Shown: one piece after another, positions 61,979 to 64,000 of the stretch
Layout of the letters: each line of letters opens with the position of its first letter
How positions within the stretch are numbered: position 1 is the stretch's first letter
Source of the DNA: a candidate division FCPU426 bacterium
GTDB lineage: Bacteria > Oederibacteriota > Muellerivitia > Muellerivitales > Muellerivitaceae
Assembly (NCBI GenBank): GCA_963796105.1
Contig: CAWCKJ010000004.1
Coordinates: 1,408,001 to 1,472,000 of the forward strand
Length of the DNA stretch: 64,000 nt
Direction: 5' to 3'
Notes under the pieces: generated by a model
The model's database searches: none
Seen by the model: the letters and a program-made list of their open reading frames with translations, nothing else
What the model was told of the DNA's origin: nothing
Position numbers and translations under genes: made by a program

Positions 61979-62716
61979 TTAAAATTGACTTTCCGCCGGT
62001 ATCCACAAAATATTTTGGGGGTCGTAAACAAAACTATTTGTTGGTTGTTCGGGGTCCATCAGGACCACGACCGGGTCTTCCAATTCGTTATTCCCGCTGT
62101 AATAGTTTACCGGCATATTTAGAATATGAATTTTACCCTCAAACTCAAACTGGATTTCCGCCGTCTTGCGGTTCTTGCCGGTCACACGTCCGTTTACGGC
62201 TTTGCCCAGGACCATCAGGGCCCTTTTTTTCCTGGCTTGGATGAAACTCCTAATGGCGAAAAAAATAATAACCAAATAAAAGATGCCCGTGAAATAGGAC
62301 GGCGGAGAAGCATCCAAGGACGGTCTTCCAGGGAAAAGAGAAAGGTAATGGATATTCACCATTTGCCCGACCGCGACTTGTCCGTAGGCCGCGAGGGAAA
62401 TACTGATTTTACCCGTTTCGTACAGGGAACCGATGGCGTAATACACCTGAATATCATTGGAGGCGCCCTTGCCATGGGTTTGCCACCGCTGGAGCACCTT
62501 GGCCTGGGCGGGTGTTCCATATTGATGGGCTAGAATCGGTGTGAAAGTTTGATATGACATTAAAGAAAAGAAAAGGACAAAAAATACGGCGCCAAAGGCA
62601 ATCATGGCCCACAATTTCGGGGCTTTTCCGAAGGGCCTCAGCCGCAAGGGACGGGGTGTGGGGATATCCAGTTCTCGCTGGGCTTGCTGGATTAATTCGG
62701 CGCGATCAATGGCCAA
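61979..62716 (-). CDS. DUF3592-like membrane protein
   Basis: TM - small beta domain (G....AKV...VG..VNIHY) - TM - second beta domain. Confidence 0.55.
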   Translation of the reverse strand: MAIDRAELIQQAQRELDIPTPRPLRLRPFGKAPKLWAMIAFGAVFFVLFFSLMSYQTFTPILAHQYGTPAQAKVLQRWQTHGKGASNDIQVYYAIGSLYETGKISISLAAYGQVAVGQMVNIHYLSLFPGRPSLDASPPSYFTGIFYLVIIFFAIRSFIQARKKRALMVLGKAVNGRVTGKNRKTAEIQFEFEGKIHILNMPVNYYSGNNELEDPVVVLMDPEQPTNSFVYDPQNILWIPAESQF

Positions 62717-63076
62717 AAAAGAACTCCAAGATTTATTGGTGAATAGTTGGGACCTGAACGATCTTAGATTCTCAAATCATACCATGATGGGAATAATCGA
62801 AACCTGATATTAAATACATTGGGGGAATTCTTGGGCCGATGGGGAAGGTGTGAATACTCAAAAGGGGGTTTTTAGGCCCATCGGGTATTGATGTGGTTTC
62901 TCCGGAAGATGTACGCGGCGAGAATGAAAAAACTGAAGGCTGAGTATAAAGACGTACCAGGGGCCAATAGGACTGAATTACATAAATAGACTACAATTAC
63001 TCATTGTTCATTTTTCATTGTTTACGGTTGGTGGCATAATGAGGCCGGTTTTTGACATGGGGTTTTGAGGTGAATT

Positions 63077-63110
63077 TAAAGTGATGAATGTTGGCCCGAC
63101 CCCTTTGTTT
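63077..63110 (-). repeat. RAYT terminal motif, copy 3 (solo)
   Basis: Minus strand AAACAAAGGGGTCGGGCCAACATTCATCACTTTA; truncates the IS256 transposase. Confidence 0.85.
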
Positions 63111-63636
63111 CAAAGCCTTTGGCCAACGGTTCCAGGCAACCTTCGTACTCCCGGCAGGAAACCCCTCGAACCATATGCCGAAGGGCGCTTTCAGGTATGG
63201 CTTCGGGATTTTGGAGTTTCTGGTAGGTTTCTAAAACGATCTCACGGCCGTCTTTCATCCGAGCCCGGGGCTTGAGGATGGGCACTTTTCGGCCCGCTAA
63301 AACCACGGTTCCGCCTTGACTTCCCCAACGGCTGATCGACCGTTCCGGCTGGCGTTGGTATCGGGGACCACAAAAGTCTTTGATTTCAGCCTGCAAAAAC
63401 TCTTGGGCCGCCATCACCCCTAACTGGTAAGCCAAGCTGTTAAGCCCGTCCTGAATCATTGCCACCCGATCTTCCGGGCTGAGCGGCATCTGCCAAAGAT
63501 TCTTGTCGCCTATCAAGGCACTACGGTGTAACTTTTTCATGGTGGTTTCCTCTCTTTTTTAAAAAAATTGGTCACCCAGACTTTACAGTCTGGGCAGAGG
63601 AGCCACCACCTTCTTTTCAACTATGAGAGGGACATC
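63111..63636 (-). mobile_element. IS256-family remnant (left end plus N-terminal part of the transposase, ATG at 63540)
   Basis: E....CG.RY...RWG...G...LAGRKV.I..PRAR...E..L.TY...GVS.R; end GATGTCCCTCTCATAGTTGAAA. Confidence 0.8.
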
Positions 63637-63639
63637 TTC

Positions 63640-63775
63640 CTTCAACCATTTCCCCCAATAACCGAATAAACATCCAGCGGTCGGCGTCATTCATAACAAT
63701 CTTTCGCCTTTCATTACCGCGCGAGGTCACATGGTAAACCGCCCCTTCATAATGGATCCGTTTAGGCCTTGGCAT
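63640..63775 (-). pseudogene. 5' fragment of a second RAYT copy interrupted by IS256
   Basis: Near-identical to 1137-1269 (MPRPKRIHYEGAVYHVTSRGN...). Confidence 0.9.
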
Positions 63776-63805
63776 TAGGACATTGTAAACAACTCACACT
63801 ATTTG

Positions 63806-63838
63806 TAAAGTGATGAATGATGGCCTGACCCCTTTGTT
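63806..63838 (-). repeat. RAYT terminal motif, copy 4
   Basis: Minus strand AACAAAGGGGTCAGGCCATCATTCATCACTTTA followed by the same leader as 1107-1136. Confidence 0.9.
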
Positions 63839-63842
63839 CCAC

Positions 63843-64000
63843 ATGGCTGTCGCAAAAAGGATGGTGTGCAACTCCATGGCGACCACCTACGGGTATGACC
63901 CCAACGGTAACCGCACCAGTGAGACCAAATTCGACATCCTTTCCACCTCGAATAAAACAGTCATTACCTCATTTTACAAATACGACGGGAATAACCGCTT
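63843..64000 (+). CDS. YD/RHS-repeat fragment running off the window
   Basis: TTYGYDPNGNRTSET...YKYDGNNR. Confidence 0.7.
   Translation, partial: MAVAKRMVCNSMATTYGYDPNGNRTSETKFDILSTSNKTVITSFYKYDGNNR

Overview
Bacterial window from a diderm (porin, TonB-dependent receptor, autotransporter, lipoproteins). Thr-rich secreted proteins with a 'YPNP...F(R)KV...SNG(I/L)YY' C-terminal domain suggest an uncultured FCPU426/Goldbacteria-like lineage; this is inference only. Both ends (1.07-5.2 kb and 63.1-64 kb) are dominated by a REP-associated tyrosine transposase (RAYT). Its ~34-bp terminal motif (AACAAAGGGGTCAGGCCATCATTCATCACTTTA) occurs four times, each time next to truncated or fragmentary DNA, including a YD/RHS fragment and AT-rich orphan 'C-terminal tip + immunity-like' cassettes. 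A hierarchical 43/21/52/173-bp GGAAC satellite lies at 5.3-6.0 kb. A stack of toxin-antitoxin cassettes (6.8-8.8 kb) is punctuated by displaced copies of the 3' end of the adjacent livK-like gene, and one HEPN toxin is disrupted by a 118-bp palindromic mini-element. The middle holds two tandem modules of a PocR-like/AraC regulator plus a giant glycoside hydrolase with a ~1000-aa (T-x)n stalk. It also holds a sigma54-driven nitrogen cluster: glnA, an amino-acid permease fused to a PII domain, a porin and two more PII proteins, with no amtB. An IS3 splits a TPR gene, and an IS256 remnant lies near the right end. No rRNA, tRNA or CRISPR array was recognised. All family calls come from motif recognition by eye; no searches were run.
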